A stretch of DNA of 64,000 nucleotides from Rhodothermales bacterium. GTDB lineage: Bacteria; Bacteroidota; Rhodothermia; Rhodothermales; UBA10348. Shown one piece after another: positions 37,801 through 45,522 of this stretch. The translations under genes and the position numbers were made by a program. The stretch's first letter is position 1. Each line of letters begins with the position of its first letter. The notes beneath the pieces were generated by a model. It saw only the letters and a program-made list of their open reading frames with translations. It was not told the origin of the DNA and searched no databases. Location of the stretch: assembly GCA_028284865.1 (NCBI GenBank), contig JANQQV010000017.1:261545-325544 (forward strand). The letters run 5' to 3'.

Positions 37801-38173
37801 TCGCATCATGCACAATCTTGTCGGGAATGCGGTCAAGTTCACCGACTCGGGATCTGTAGAGGTATGGTTTGAGGATCGGGGCGAGAGCGTTGACATCCAC
37901 GTCACAGACACGGGAATCGGCATCGATGAGGAGTTCTTGCCCGAGTTGTTCAATGCGTTCTTCCAGGAATCTGATGGCCTGGCGCGATCCTACGAGGGCA
38001 CGGGTTTGGGGCTTGCCATCACTTCAGGAATTGTCCAGCTGATGAACGCCTCGATCCGCGTCCGTAGTGAAAAAGGTCAGGGGTCGGACTTCGTCGTCAC
38101 TCTGCCGAAGGCTGAAGCTCCTCGCTCACGACCACGTCGGGTCATGGGCATGGGTAATACCGCTTCCGCCTAG
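34871..38173 (+). CDS. sensor histidine kinase with periplasmic beta-propeller (Reg_prop-like) and Y_Y_Y domains (1100 aa)
   Basis: The signal/TM is MLFRGLQIILFVFVLHSGAAQA (GTG start). A long propeller-like region leads to the Y_Y_Y-type segment VQYRYRIDGKEEGPWSEW ... SYSFVILPPWYRT, then a TM (AWAYMAYLVLFFGVTF). The HisKA motif is SHELRTPLTAILGF. HATPase motifs are HNLVGNAVKFT, DTGIGI and GTGLGLAI. There is no receiver or DNA-binding domain and no adjacent response regulator. Confidence 0.88.
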   Translation: MLFRGLQIILFVFVLHSGAAQATPDLKHHGSVGADIFAVVGADTLGIRINHLSPSETNINNQIWSIAESKLGWTFFAEEEGILAIRGNDWNLIKTPNASTVRSLAVQSTEHGERLFFGEQDDFGYVEIDSTGRSIARSMRDLVSDSLSFGNVWNVHVLESQVIFQSRNHLFVYEDGDVSVLPSDNGYHNSFVINGQYLVREFGIGLSRYLDGELVRITNDTLLAEDLIAGITEGRSSEGIIWTQNHGILRLSQSSDSIESQVEYPQELKQIASKTRLYTVKQLDSNRYVIATLGAGLLIVDREGQILKKLSRANGFPDDSQNFIHPSLNGGLWIGLDNEGATYLDSDLVRLTYGSKSGLTGYINDLEISDGRLIVATGAGIFTSTEASGVFSGPDFFYSAGSPDPNFRQIDNSPIVWNTHFFRGHMFTASEAGVRRVTFDRDKAEIEVCPIQNTDGSQLPTQAFMLFEDSANQQLYAGLGDGLGVVRVLPNHCYVDRVPLGVEDVEVRSIAIHEDLLWIGTAFHGLFAVSAPNGVIEKDPLVFRSEKMPGRNDVVVWGGRIFGFNSQSIYDVLIEEDKIQTSIVNGPVGEIGNVSVFKSTADSQGWLVTDESVFEVRLRHGQLQVVSEPSALRFQKSSTSSLIVDNSGVLWFNNGSELIRYDSRYDAPNTYKLAAQISEVRNATTGTTLFHGFFRSPNGGIALSQPDWAIPTLDFEARNLTFQFSATEYISPETVQYRYRIDGKEEGPWSEWSEEAEAITPSIDEGSYTIVVQAKDDIGRLSETASYSFVILPPWYRTAWAYMAYLVLFFGVTFSGHRYIHMRRAHKLAAEQAKELEREREVVKRLSEANDRLMQANKLKDEFLATTSHELRTPLTAILGFTSVLKDEIPEEAEYREFLDIIEDSGGRLMDTLNSLLDLAKLRAGIMEINLEPVDVYQLCFQDAVQLQNAAQKKGLKLRVRRPESPLYATADVHGLNRIMHNLVGNAVKFTDSGSVEVWFEDRGESVDIHVTDTGIGIDEEFLPELFNAFFQESDGLARSYEGTGLGLAITSGIVQLMNASIRVRSEKGQGSDFVVTLPKAEAPRSRPRRVMGMGNTASA

Positions 38174-38245
38174 GCCCTTCCATCAAGTGTGAGCGCGATT
38201 GTCGATATTCCGCGCTGACAATCAAGGTATTCTTCTTTTCACGCG

Positions 38246-39076
38246 ATGATGCGGGTCTTCAGGGCCATCCGGTTTTTTCTCGTGATGGTCGGTTATAGCG
38301 TCCACATGCTGGTGACAGGGCGCGCGCTGGAAGCGCGCGCCCGTGCCAGGCATTCCGCCGAGCGACAACGGGCCGGAAGTACCGCGTTGGTGCGCGGTTT
38401 GCGATTCACGAGCGAGGTCCACGGTCGTATTCCCGAAAACCTGCCCTCACTTATCGTTACGAATCACATCGGGACCCTGGATCCCTGGATCCTGGCGGCG
38501 AAGTTCGATGTCGCGTTCGTAGCTAAGGCTGAAATGGCTTCCTGGCCAGTCATAGGAATGGTGTGTCGGGCCGTCGGCATCATTTTCGCTCATCGCAAGA
38601 ATGTGATGAAGACATCAGGCACGGTCAACGAAATCCAGGACCGCATGCGCAGCGGGGTGTCTGTACTCATTTTTCCAGAGGGCACTACTTCTAATGGACA
38701 GCAGCTCCTGCCCTTCAAGACTGGGGGATTTCAGGCCGTAGCGGGAATGGATGACGGCTATATCATTCCCATGTATTTCCACGTGCGCACGATCAACGGG
38801 CGACAAGTGACTCGAGAATCGCGCGAAACCATCACCTGGTCCGCTCCGCAAGGAATGTTTGCCAATATCTGGCACGTTCTCGGGCAGGGTCCATTGCACT
38901 ACGTGATTCGCATCGGCGAGCCCATTTCTGCGTCTGGACGGAATCGGAAGGAGTTGGCACAGGAGTCGCAAGTAGCCGTCCAGCGACTTATGGACGAAGA
39001 GCTGGCCGCTATCAGCGGAATTGAAAGAATCGCCCCAGAGGTGCAGATCCAGGAGACGGCCACCATCTCTGGGTAA
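38246..39076 (+). CDS. lysophospholipid (1-acyl-sn-glycerol-3-phosphate) acyltransferase family protein (276 aa)
   Basis: The HX4D motif is NHIGTLDP and the FPEGTTS motif is present. There is an N-terminal TM. Confidence 0.8.
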   Translation: MMRVFRAIRFFLVMVGYSVHMLVTGRALEARARARHSAERQRAGSTALVRGLRFTSEVHGRIPENLPSLIVTNHIGTLDPWILAAKFDVAFVAKAEMASWPVIGMVCRAVGIIFAHRKNVMKTSGTVNEIQDRMRSGVSVLIFPEGTTSNGQQLLPFKTGGFQAVAGMDDGYIIPMYFHVRTINGRQVTRESRETITWSAPQGMFANIWHVLGQGPLHYVIRIGEPISASGRNRKELAQESQVAVQRLMDEELAAISGIERIAPEVQIQETATISG

Positions 39077-39246
39077 AGACATTGAGCCGAACGGCTGCTG
39101 CTCGTTGTTGAGCGGCATAGTGATGGCATTCGATGACGAAACGATCCGGTGCACCTACGTACAAAGGTGAGAATGAGGACGACTCCTCCAATCTGCGTAC
39201 CTTGCTTCATCGACGCGAGTCGCCAAGCTGAGTCCCTATCGAGTCC

Positions 39247-40875
39247 ATGAATGAGCAGAACGAACAACGGCCATCTTCGAACCTCGCAGCAGAATCAGCC
39301 GCAGGACAAACAGAAGTGGCCAAAGGAGATGCTGGGAGCGGGCGCGACGGCGGAGTGGCTGCGACCATGAAACGCAATCGCGGCTTCGGCTTGATCATCA
39401 TCGGCCTTCTGGGTGGCATCCTGATCACCTTATGGTTCGGTGGTGTGTTGCCAGGCAACCAGCGCCCCGTCGAGGTCAGTCGAACCGTACAGCTCGGATC
39501 CGACGCCAACGCTGGTCTTGTAGAATCGCCTTCAAACGACGTGCCGACTCAGTACCTCGATGTGATGTCCATGAACGAGGTATTCAAAGCCGTGTCCAGC
39601 AGTGTCACCCCTACGGTCGTTTTCATCGAAGTGGAGAGCTTGCCCGGTAGCAACGTTTTTTCTCCATTCAGCCAACGCGGATCATCGCAGAGCTTGGGCA
39701 GCGGCGTGATCATCAGCGACCAGGGCTATATCGTGACGAACAATCACGTCATCGACGGTGCTACGCGCATCCGGGTGACCCTGAACGACAAGCGCCAATA
39801 CGGAGCCGAGGTCGTGGGGACGGATCCAACGACGGACCTGGCTGTGATCAAGATCGATTCCCAGGATGCCATCCCTGTTGTTGCACTGGGTGATGCGAAC
39901 CAGGTCGAGGTGGGAGAGTGGGTTCTGGCCGTCGGCAATCCATTCCGATTGACGTCCACTGTGACAGCGGGCATCGTCAGCGCGATCGGTCGCCAAGTGA
40001 ATGTGATTGAAGACCGCCTGGGCATCGAGAGCTTCATACAGACCGACGCCGCCATCAATCCTGGCAACTCAGGCGGAGCGGTAGTCAACTTGAGAGGCGA
40101 ACTTGTCGGCATCGCAACGGCCATTGCCACTGAATCGGGTTCGTATGAAGGCTATGGCTTTGCGGTACCGGTGGACTTGATGGAGCGGGTCGTTCGCGAT
40201 TTGATCAGATATGGCGAGGTGCGACGCGGATACCTTGGTGTCTCCATTCAGGCCATGACCGCTCGCGCGGCACGAATAGCAGGGTTGGAGTCCGTTAGAG
40301 GGGTATACCTGAGCTCGGTGCAGCCAGGTTTGGCGGGTTATGAGGCCGGTCTGCGCGACGGCGACATCCTGCTCACTATAAACGGCCGCGACATGACGGA
40401 GCCCAACGAGCTTCAAAGCGCCATCGCATTGTTCTCACCGGGCGATCAGGTCCCTGTGGAAATCTGGCGTGATGGACGAACGCTTGACTTCACCGTGATT
40501 CTCAAAGGCCGCGATGATCCAGGATATGCTTCCTGGTTGACCGAGTTGAATCAGGATCAGCAGCAGTTCTTCACTCCGCAGTTCGAGGACGATCAAGTCG
40601 TAGAGTTCGACGATTGGGGCGTAGGAGTGGCCAACCTCGATAATCGCGCCCGACGCCAATTCCAGGTGGCACATGGTGTGTATCTCGCCTTTGTGACCGC
40701 GGATGGACCGTTTGATGTCGCTGGCGTTGCGAGAGGAGTAGTGATTACGGCCATCAATGACCTCCCCGTGTTCAACGTCGACACCTTGCAAGACGCCGTT
40801 CGCGCGTCCGATGAGTTGCTGGTCCGCGTTGTGAGTGCGGACGGCACGACGGCGTTCTTCGAGGTGAACAAGTAG
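39247..40875 (+). CDS. Do/HtrA-family periplasmic serine endopeptidase with two PDZ-like regions (542 aa)
   Basis: The catalytic triad context is TNNHVI, DLAVIKI and GNSGGA. There is an N-terminal TM anchor, and the C-terminal part contains PDZ-like regions (GVYLSSVQPGLAGYEAGLRDGDILLTINGR). Confidence 0.9.
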   Translation: MNEQNEQRPSSNLAAESAAGQTEVAKGDAGSGRDGGVAATMKRNRGFGLIIIGLLGGILITLWFGGVLPGNQRPVEVSRTVQLGSDANAGLVESPSNDVPTQYLDVMSMNEVFKAVSSSVTPTVVFIEVESLPGSNVFSPFSQRGSSQSLGSGVIISDQGYIVTNNHVIDGATRIRVTLNDKRQYGAEVVGTDPTTDLAVIKIDSQDAIPVVALGDANQVEVGEWVLAVGNPFRLTSTVTAGIVSAIGRQVNVIEDRLGIESFIQTDAAINPGNSGGAVVNLRGELVGIATAIATESGSYEGYGFAVPVDLMERVVRDLIRYGEVRRGYLGVSIQAMTARAARIAGLESVRGVYLSSVQPGLAGYEAGLRDGDILLTINGRDMTEPNELQSAIALFSPGDQVPVEIWRDGRTLDFTVILKGRDDPGYASWLTELNQDQQQFFTPQFEDDQVVEFDDWGVGVANLDNRARRQFQVAHGVYLAFVTADGPFDVAGVARGVVITAINDLPVFNVDTLQDAVRASDELLVRVVSADGTTAFFEVNK

Positions 40876-41001
40876 CGGAGTAACACGAGGAGTAAGTGGT
40901 GGCCGGGTATTGTTGTGGCGATGGCGTAGTTTTGGCTCCCCCAAATAAGCGGTCGAAAGACTGCCTGCAGCTGCCAACCATCCCTTCCAAGCCCAGGGCT
41001 C

Positions 41002-42180
41002 ATGCTTCGCTATCTCACATCCGGTGAATCCCACGGGGAAGCCCTGATTGGAATCGTGGAAGGAATGCCTGCGGGCGTACCGGTGACTCGGCCGATGATC
41101 GATGAGCAGCTGGCTCGTCGCTGGCTGGGATTTGGCCGTGGAGGACGGGCCAAATTCGAAACGGATCAAGTTCACATTTACTCTGGCATCCGCTTCTCCA
41201 AGACCATGGGCGGACCAATAGCGATGCGACTGGACAACGCTGCCTATCGGAAAGACAAGTCTGGGTGGCCGGATGTCATGGCGATTGACGGCGATGGCGA
41301 CGGAGTGGAGAAGATTACGCTACCACGGCCGGGTCATGCGGATCTGACGGGCGCGCAGAAGTATGGACTGGACGACATCCGTCCAGTGATAGATCGATCG
41401 AGTGCCCGTGAAACGGCGATGCGTGTGGCATGCTGCTCTCTGGCCCGGGTATTCCTCAGAGAATTGGGCATCCAGGTGGGCAGCCACGTGACGCGGATTG
41501 GCGAGGTGGGTTATGACTCTCCAACGGAATACGCTCATCACCTGAAAGGCATTGAGTCCGCTGGCGCAGAATCAATCAACCCTGATGCAGACGCCAGCGA
41601 AGTCCGGATGCTGGATGGCGACTTGACGCGGGAGTGTATTGAGCACATCAAAGCCGTAAAGAAAGGAGGCGACAGCCTTGGCGGTGTGTACGAGGTGATC
41701 GTTACTGGCGTCCCGGTAGGGCTCGGTTCGTTTGTCCAATGGGATCGCAAACTGGACGCCCGTTTGGGACGAGCGATTCTTTCGATTCAGGCCCAGAAGG
41801 GCGTTGAGATTGGCGATGGGATCGCCGCTGCGTCGGAACGTGGTTCGCGTGTACACGACCCGATCTCTGCTGGAGATCGTCGCGAATTTCCACGCACCAG
41901 GAATCGCGCCGGCGGGATTGAAGGCGGGATGTCAAACGGCATGCCCATCATCGTTCGGGGATTCATGAAGCCTATTCCCACTCTGATCAAGCCGTTGGGG
42001 ACGGCTGATATGGCCACAGGCGAGCAGCAGCCGACGCGCTACGAGCGCAGCGACGTGACCAGCGTTCCAGCAGCGTCGACGGTGGCAGAAGCAGTGGTCG
42101 CGATGGAAATCGCGAACGCTGTTCTTGAGAAGTTCGGTGGCGACAGCCTGGACGAAATACGGGCACGGATAGGCCGTTGA
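41002..42180 (+). CDS. aroC: chorismate synthase (392 aa)
   Basis: Motifs are MLRYLTSGESHG, GRGGRAKFETD, RPGHAD, SARETA and GGIEGGMSNG. Confidence 0.95.
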   Translation: MLRYLTSGESHGEALIGIVEGMPAGVPVTRPMIDEQLARRWLGFGRGGRAKFETDQVHIYSGIRFSKTMGGPIAMRLDNAAYRKDKSGWPDVMAIDGDGDGVEKITLPRPGHADLTGAQKYGLDDIRPVIDRSSARETAMRVACCSLARVFLRELGIQVGSHVTRIGEVGYDSPTEYAHHLKGIESAGAESINPDADASEVRMLDGDLTRECIEHIKAVKKGGDSLGGVYEVIVTGVPVGLGSFVQWDRKLDARLGRAILSIQAQKGVEIGDGIAAASERGSRVHDPISAGDRREFPRTRNRAGGIEGGMSNGMPIIVRGFMKPIPTLIKPLGTADMATGEQQPTRYERSDVTSVPAASTVAEAVVAMEIANAVLEKFGGDSLDEIRARIGR

Positions 42181-42515
42181 ATACAGCCGGTTGTTGGCTC
42201 AATCGAACGTCCAGAACTCGACCCGAAATTGGGGATAGTTTTTCGACGAACGTGCTGGCAGATGGAGGACGGATCGCCTATTCTGCACAGCGCGTGGTGA
42301 GAACCGCAATGCATTGTGCAGGGGACAGTGATCTTGCAGGGACGCGTTGTGGACAACTTCCTTTAAAGTGGATCAACTTTTTCTGAAGGCTCACCGCGAA
42401 AAACCAGAAAAGTCTCGTTGTTGAAGTGGTAAGCCCGCTTGTGGTACGGGAATATGCGCGTCATCGCCATTTCCTGTTCGCAACGAAACGTCCACCCGTT
42501 GCCAGAAACTCTCTG

Positions 42516-43091
42516 ATGTTTGATCGCCCTTCCTTTGACCCGCGATACTCGCATGGGCAGCAGGCAGGAGGATCATCGGTTCGACCTCAGTCGTCCGGTA
42601 TCCCCGCCATGTTCCTTCCCAATTATGCGGGTGACGGTCACGGCAAGGCGCAGTTGGCACACGCAGGGCAGCAATCGGACGGGTTTTCAGAGGAATTGCC
42701 GATGTGGTCAGGAGATGGTCGCCGCCAGGTTGCCAACCCCATGATGCCAGTCTTTCAAGCGAACGGTCATCGCCCCCACCACCGCAGCCACCATCACTCG
42801 CATCCTGCCGGAAGCACTCAGCCCCCTCAAGTGCTTCCCGCATCAGGCGACGGTCGCGGATCAGTTGACCTTTCCGGTGAGCTATCCATGACGGTCAATC
42901 CAGTGACCAAGCCAGCGAAGAAGGCCAAGAAGCGTCGCGCGAAAAAGAATAAGCCGACTATGGGTAAGACCGAACGGACGGATGGTTCGGAAACCTGGAA
43001 GCTCGTTGCGTTGGTCGTCATTTTCATGATCTGGATCTCTGGTGCCAGCACGCTGCTTTTCCTGTATATGGATCGTTACCTCTTCCCCTAG
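42516..43091 (+). CDS. hypothetical disordered His/Gly/Pro-rich protein with a single C-terminal TM (191 aa)
   Basis: The start is chosen at the ATG at 42516 (the ORF track begins at 42426). It contains HRPHHRSHHHSHP, a lysine patch KPAKKAKKRRAKKNKP and a terminal TM WKLVALVVIFMIWISGASTLLFLYM. A terminator hairpin follows, which supports expression. Confidence 0.4.
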   Translation: MFDRPSFDPRYSHGQQAGGSSVRPQSSGIPAMFLPNYAGDGHGKAQLAHAGQQSDGFSEELPMWSGDGRRQVANPMMPVFQANGHRPHHRSHHHSHPAGSTQPPQVLPASGDGRGSVDLSGELSMTVNPVTKPAKKAKKRRAKKNKPTMGKTERTDGSETWKLVALVVIFMIWISGASTLLFLYMDRYLFP

Positions 43092-43134
43092 CAGGTCGAT
43101 CGCGAAGAGGATCGAATGCGAACGAGACGGTTGT

Positions 43135-43166
43135 GGTCGACTCAAATAGAGTCGGCCATTTTTTAT
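43135..43166 (+). terminator. rho-independent terminator
   Basis: GGTCGACTC, loop AAATA, GAGTCGGCC form a 9-bp stem with one G-T pair. It is followed by ATTTTTTATT, 44 nt after the stop at 43091. Confidence 0.7.
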
Positions 43167-43212
43167 TGGTGGCACTCCGGGGAGTAGTGTTCGCATGGGG
43201 CGAGCTTGCCGC

Positions 43213-45369
43213 TCATCGAAATGCCACGACCGATTTGGTAGCTTGCCCTTTATTGCTGGACACGCGGACGAAGTAGGTGCCAGGAGTCTGAAAGGAATCC
43301 GCAGGAATGAACTGAGGGATTTCGCTGTCCGACCAGAGTCGTCGTCCGACAGCGTCAAACAATTCGATGTGCGTGATCTCGGCGATGGGAAGATCCAGAT
43401 GAAGTCGGGAGCCAAGAGGAAGCGGATTGGGGTAGACTGCGAAAGATCCCCAATTGGGGAGGGGCAGAGTAGGTAGGTCGTCCGATACTTCGAGGTAGAG
43501 CGGAATTTTGGATCCGTAAGCGTCGACAGCCATTCCTGAAACCAGTGAAAGCGGTTGACCGAGGGAGAAAGGAACGGCCGAGTCTGTCTGCTCGAGAACA
43601 GCAACCAGTTGATATCCGGAGGCAAACTCTGAATCCGCTCCCGCCAGGCTAATCAGTCGATGTGTTCCGGTTACCGGGTCGCTCCACGATCCAGAAGAAG
43701 CGCCTTTGGCGGCGATGATCGTTAAAGATTCAGCCTTCAGTTCAATCTGAACGCCTCTCAAGGCGACCGGAGAGGCGATCCAAAGGCTGTCACCTGCCAC
43801 GACCAACGGGATCGACGCACCTTTTCCTGCAGAGCCGGCAGGAGGGACGGGAAGCTCGGATCCGTCGGGCCATTGATTTCTAAGAATCGCCTGGATGGCG
43901 ACGGTGATATCGCGGATGTCCAGCTGACCGTTTCCATCGGGAAAGGGGTGGAGATCATGACGAGGTAGCTCGGCCGCAGAAATGGAAGCCGGGTCCACGG
44001 TGCCGTCGAGCGATTCAATGACGTCTGCGACATCAAAGGCACCATCACCATCCGCATCTCCTCGTCCGCCAATTACGAGTGCCACCCAGGACAGGTCAGT
44101 CGCACTCGAGGCTGTGTTATGCAAAATGGTGATGGTGCCGGATTGCTGACCGCCGTCGATCATTTGAGGTCGCAGCCAGAGGTCAAGGGCCGCTGACTCG
44201 CCAAAAGGAATGCTCGAGGGAAGCGTTGGGACTGGATTGAGAGGGCCGGATGGAGGGGCCGTCCAGGCAAGCTCAAGCGGTGCGCTTCCGGTTGGATTGG
44301 AAACGTCGATCTGGACTAACACGCTGTCACCCGCAGCTACCGAGCCAAAGTCCACCCACTCTGAGGAAAAGGCTAGGGAAGCGAAGCTCGGCTGCAGGAT
44401 GAGCGAGAAAGATCGCACCCCATCCGGCAGACTGAGCTCCGCCGCATCAGCAGCATTGGTGGTCGCGAGCAGCCCACTGATGGTCAATGGAGTTTGAACC
44501 TCAGTAGCGGGGAGTGGGGCAGTCGCAGAAAGGTGCAGGTGCAGAAGCCCTGGATAGGGTGCTGGAGCAAGACCTGCCGAATTGATGCGAACAGCTGCGA
44601 TGCTGCCGTTTCCTGAATCGAGGTATGAGGAAACCAGCCAGTCATTACCATAACCAGCGGATGGACCAAGCGAAACAGAGTCTACAGACACCACGGCTGC
44701 GTCCCAGTTCAGACTGAATTGAAATCCTTGCATCGAATCCGGCCCTGGCCATTCCAAGTCAATTGGGATCGCGAATTGGCTGGAAGACAATTCCCAGGTG
44801 TCGGTGCTCGATTGGAATCCGAATGACGTCTCCATCGCCGAGGGGTCGGCCGTACCCTCAATCAGCACATCATCTATTCGCATGTTGGAGCCGCTGGAGG
44901 ATCCACCTCGGCCCTCAAACAGCAGATAAACCGATTCTTCGCCTATCAGATTTCCAGGTACGGTAACATTGATTTGCTCCCATGAAGAGGAGGCTGCAGG
45001 AAGCCCGCCTCCAAACAGCAACGTGCCGAAAGTCGACCCGTCCGTGCCGGCTCGCACGAAAAGCGAATCTGCCGAATAGGAGGATGTACGCCGCGCCCAA
45101 TAGGAAAAGGTGCTGCTCAGGGCGGCAGACAGGTCAATGGGACCAATAACCAAATCACCGTGTCCTGCTCCTGTGTGAACGGCGTTGTTGCCACCAGACT
45201 CGGGTGAGGGCGACGAGTCGCTCGTCTTCCAGCTGGCATCGGTAGAAATCACCGTGGAAGGCAGGTCAGGCTCAACCACCGAGTCAAAAGTCTCCGAGAA
45301 AAAAGTGGTTTGGGCGCCAGCGGGTGTCACCCAAAACAACAGAACAGTCAATAGCACAAATCGCATCAC
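43213..45369 (-). CDS. secreted multidomain protein with cohesin-like and dockerin-like segments and a T9SS C-terminal sorting domain (718 aa)
   Basis: The signal is MMRFVLLTVLLFWVTPAGAQ. The N-terminal domain begins FFSETFDS. The cohesin-like segment is GFQFSLNWDAAVVSVDSV. Two dockerin/EF-hand-like repeats are DADGDGAFDVADVIESL and DGNGQLDIRDITVAIQAIL. The C-terminus is VYPNPLPLGSRLHLDL...GTYFVRVSSNKGQATKSVVAFR, typical of type A T9SS CTDs. Confidence 0.75.
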   Translation of the reverse strand: MMRFVLLTVLLFWVTPAGAQTTFFSETFDSVVEPDLPSTVISTDASWKTSDSSPSPESGGNNAVHTGAGHGDLVIGPIDLSAALSSTFSYWARRTSSYSADSLFVRAGTDGSTFGTLLFGGGLPAASSSWEQINVTVPGNLIGEESVYLLFEGRGGSSSGSNMRIDDVLIEGTADPSAMETSFGFQSSTDTWELSSSQFAIPIDLEWPGPDSMQGFQFSLNWDAAVVSVDSVSLGPSAGYGNDWLVSSYLDSGNGSIAAVRINSAGLAPAPYPGLLHLHLSATAPLPATEVQTPLTISGLLATTNAADAAELSLPDGVRSFSLILQPSFASLAFSSEWVDFGSVAAGDSVLVQIDVSNPTGSAPLELAWTAPPSGPLNPVPTLPSSIPFGESAALDLWLRPQMIDGGQQSGTITILHNTASSATDLSWVALVIGGRGDADGDGAFDVADVIESLDGTVDPASISAAELPRHDLHPFPDGNGQLDIRDITVAIQAILRNQWPDGSELPVPPAGSAGKGASIPLVVAGDSLWIASPVALRGVQIELKAESLTIIAAKGASSGSWSDPVTGTHRLISLAGADSEFASGYQLVAVLEQTDSAVPFSLGQPLSLVSGMAVDAYGSKIPLYLEVSDDLPTLPLPNWGSFAVYPNPLPLGSRLHLDLPIAEITHIELFDAVGRRLWSDSEIPQFIPADSFQTPGTYFVRVSSNKGQATKSVVAFR

Positions 45370-45522
45370 TCCCTCCAGAATCGTTCGTCGTCATTGCGGT
45401 CAGTGCATCGACCCGAAATTCAGAAAGGTGCAACTTCTATCGTGAAAGCCATTTTCCGAGTCTTCTGACCATGCGGGATCAGTACTTTGTCGGGCCAGAA
45501 TTCAGAGAAGTGGTCAAGTACG

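Noticed and set aside
40435-41175. 246-aa (40435-41175) and 247-aa (42882-43625) minus-strand ORFs spanning gene boundaries.
   Set aside because: Each overlaps two independently supported genes (htrA/aroC, and the tail-anchored ORF/T9SS gene) in other frames. They have low-complexity Arg/Ser/Pro composition.
42363-42554. A 63-aa minus-strand ORF in the AT-richer gap after aroC.
   Set aside because: It has no signal, motif or terminator support and overlaps the probable promoter and start of the 42516 gene. It cannot be supported from sequence alone.
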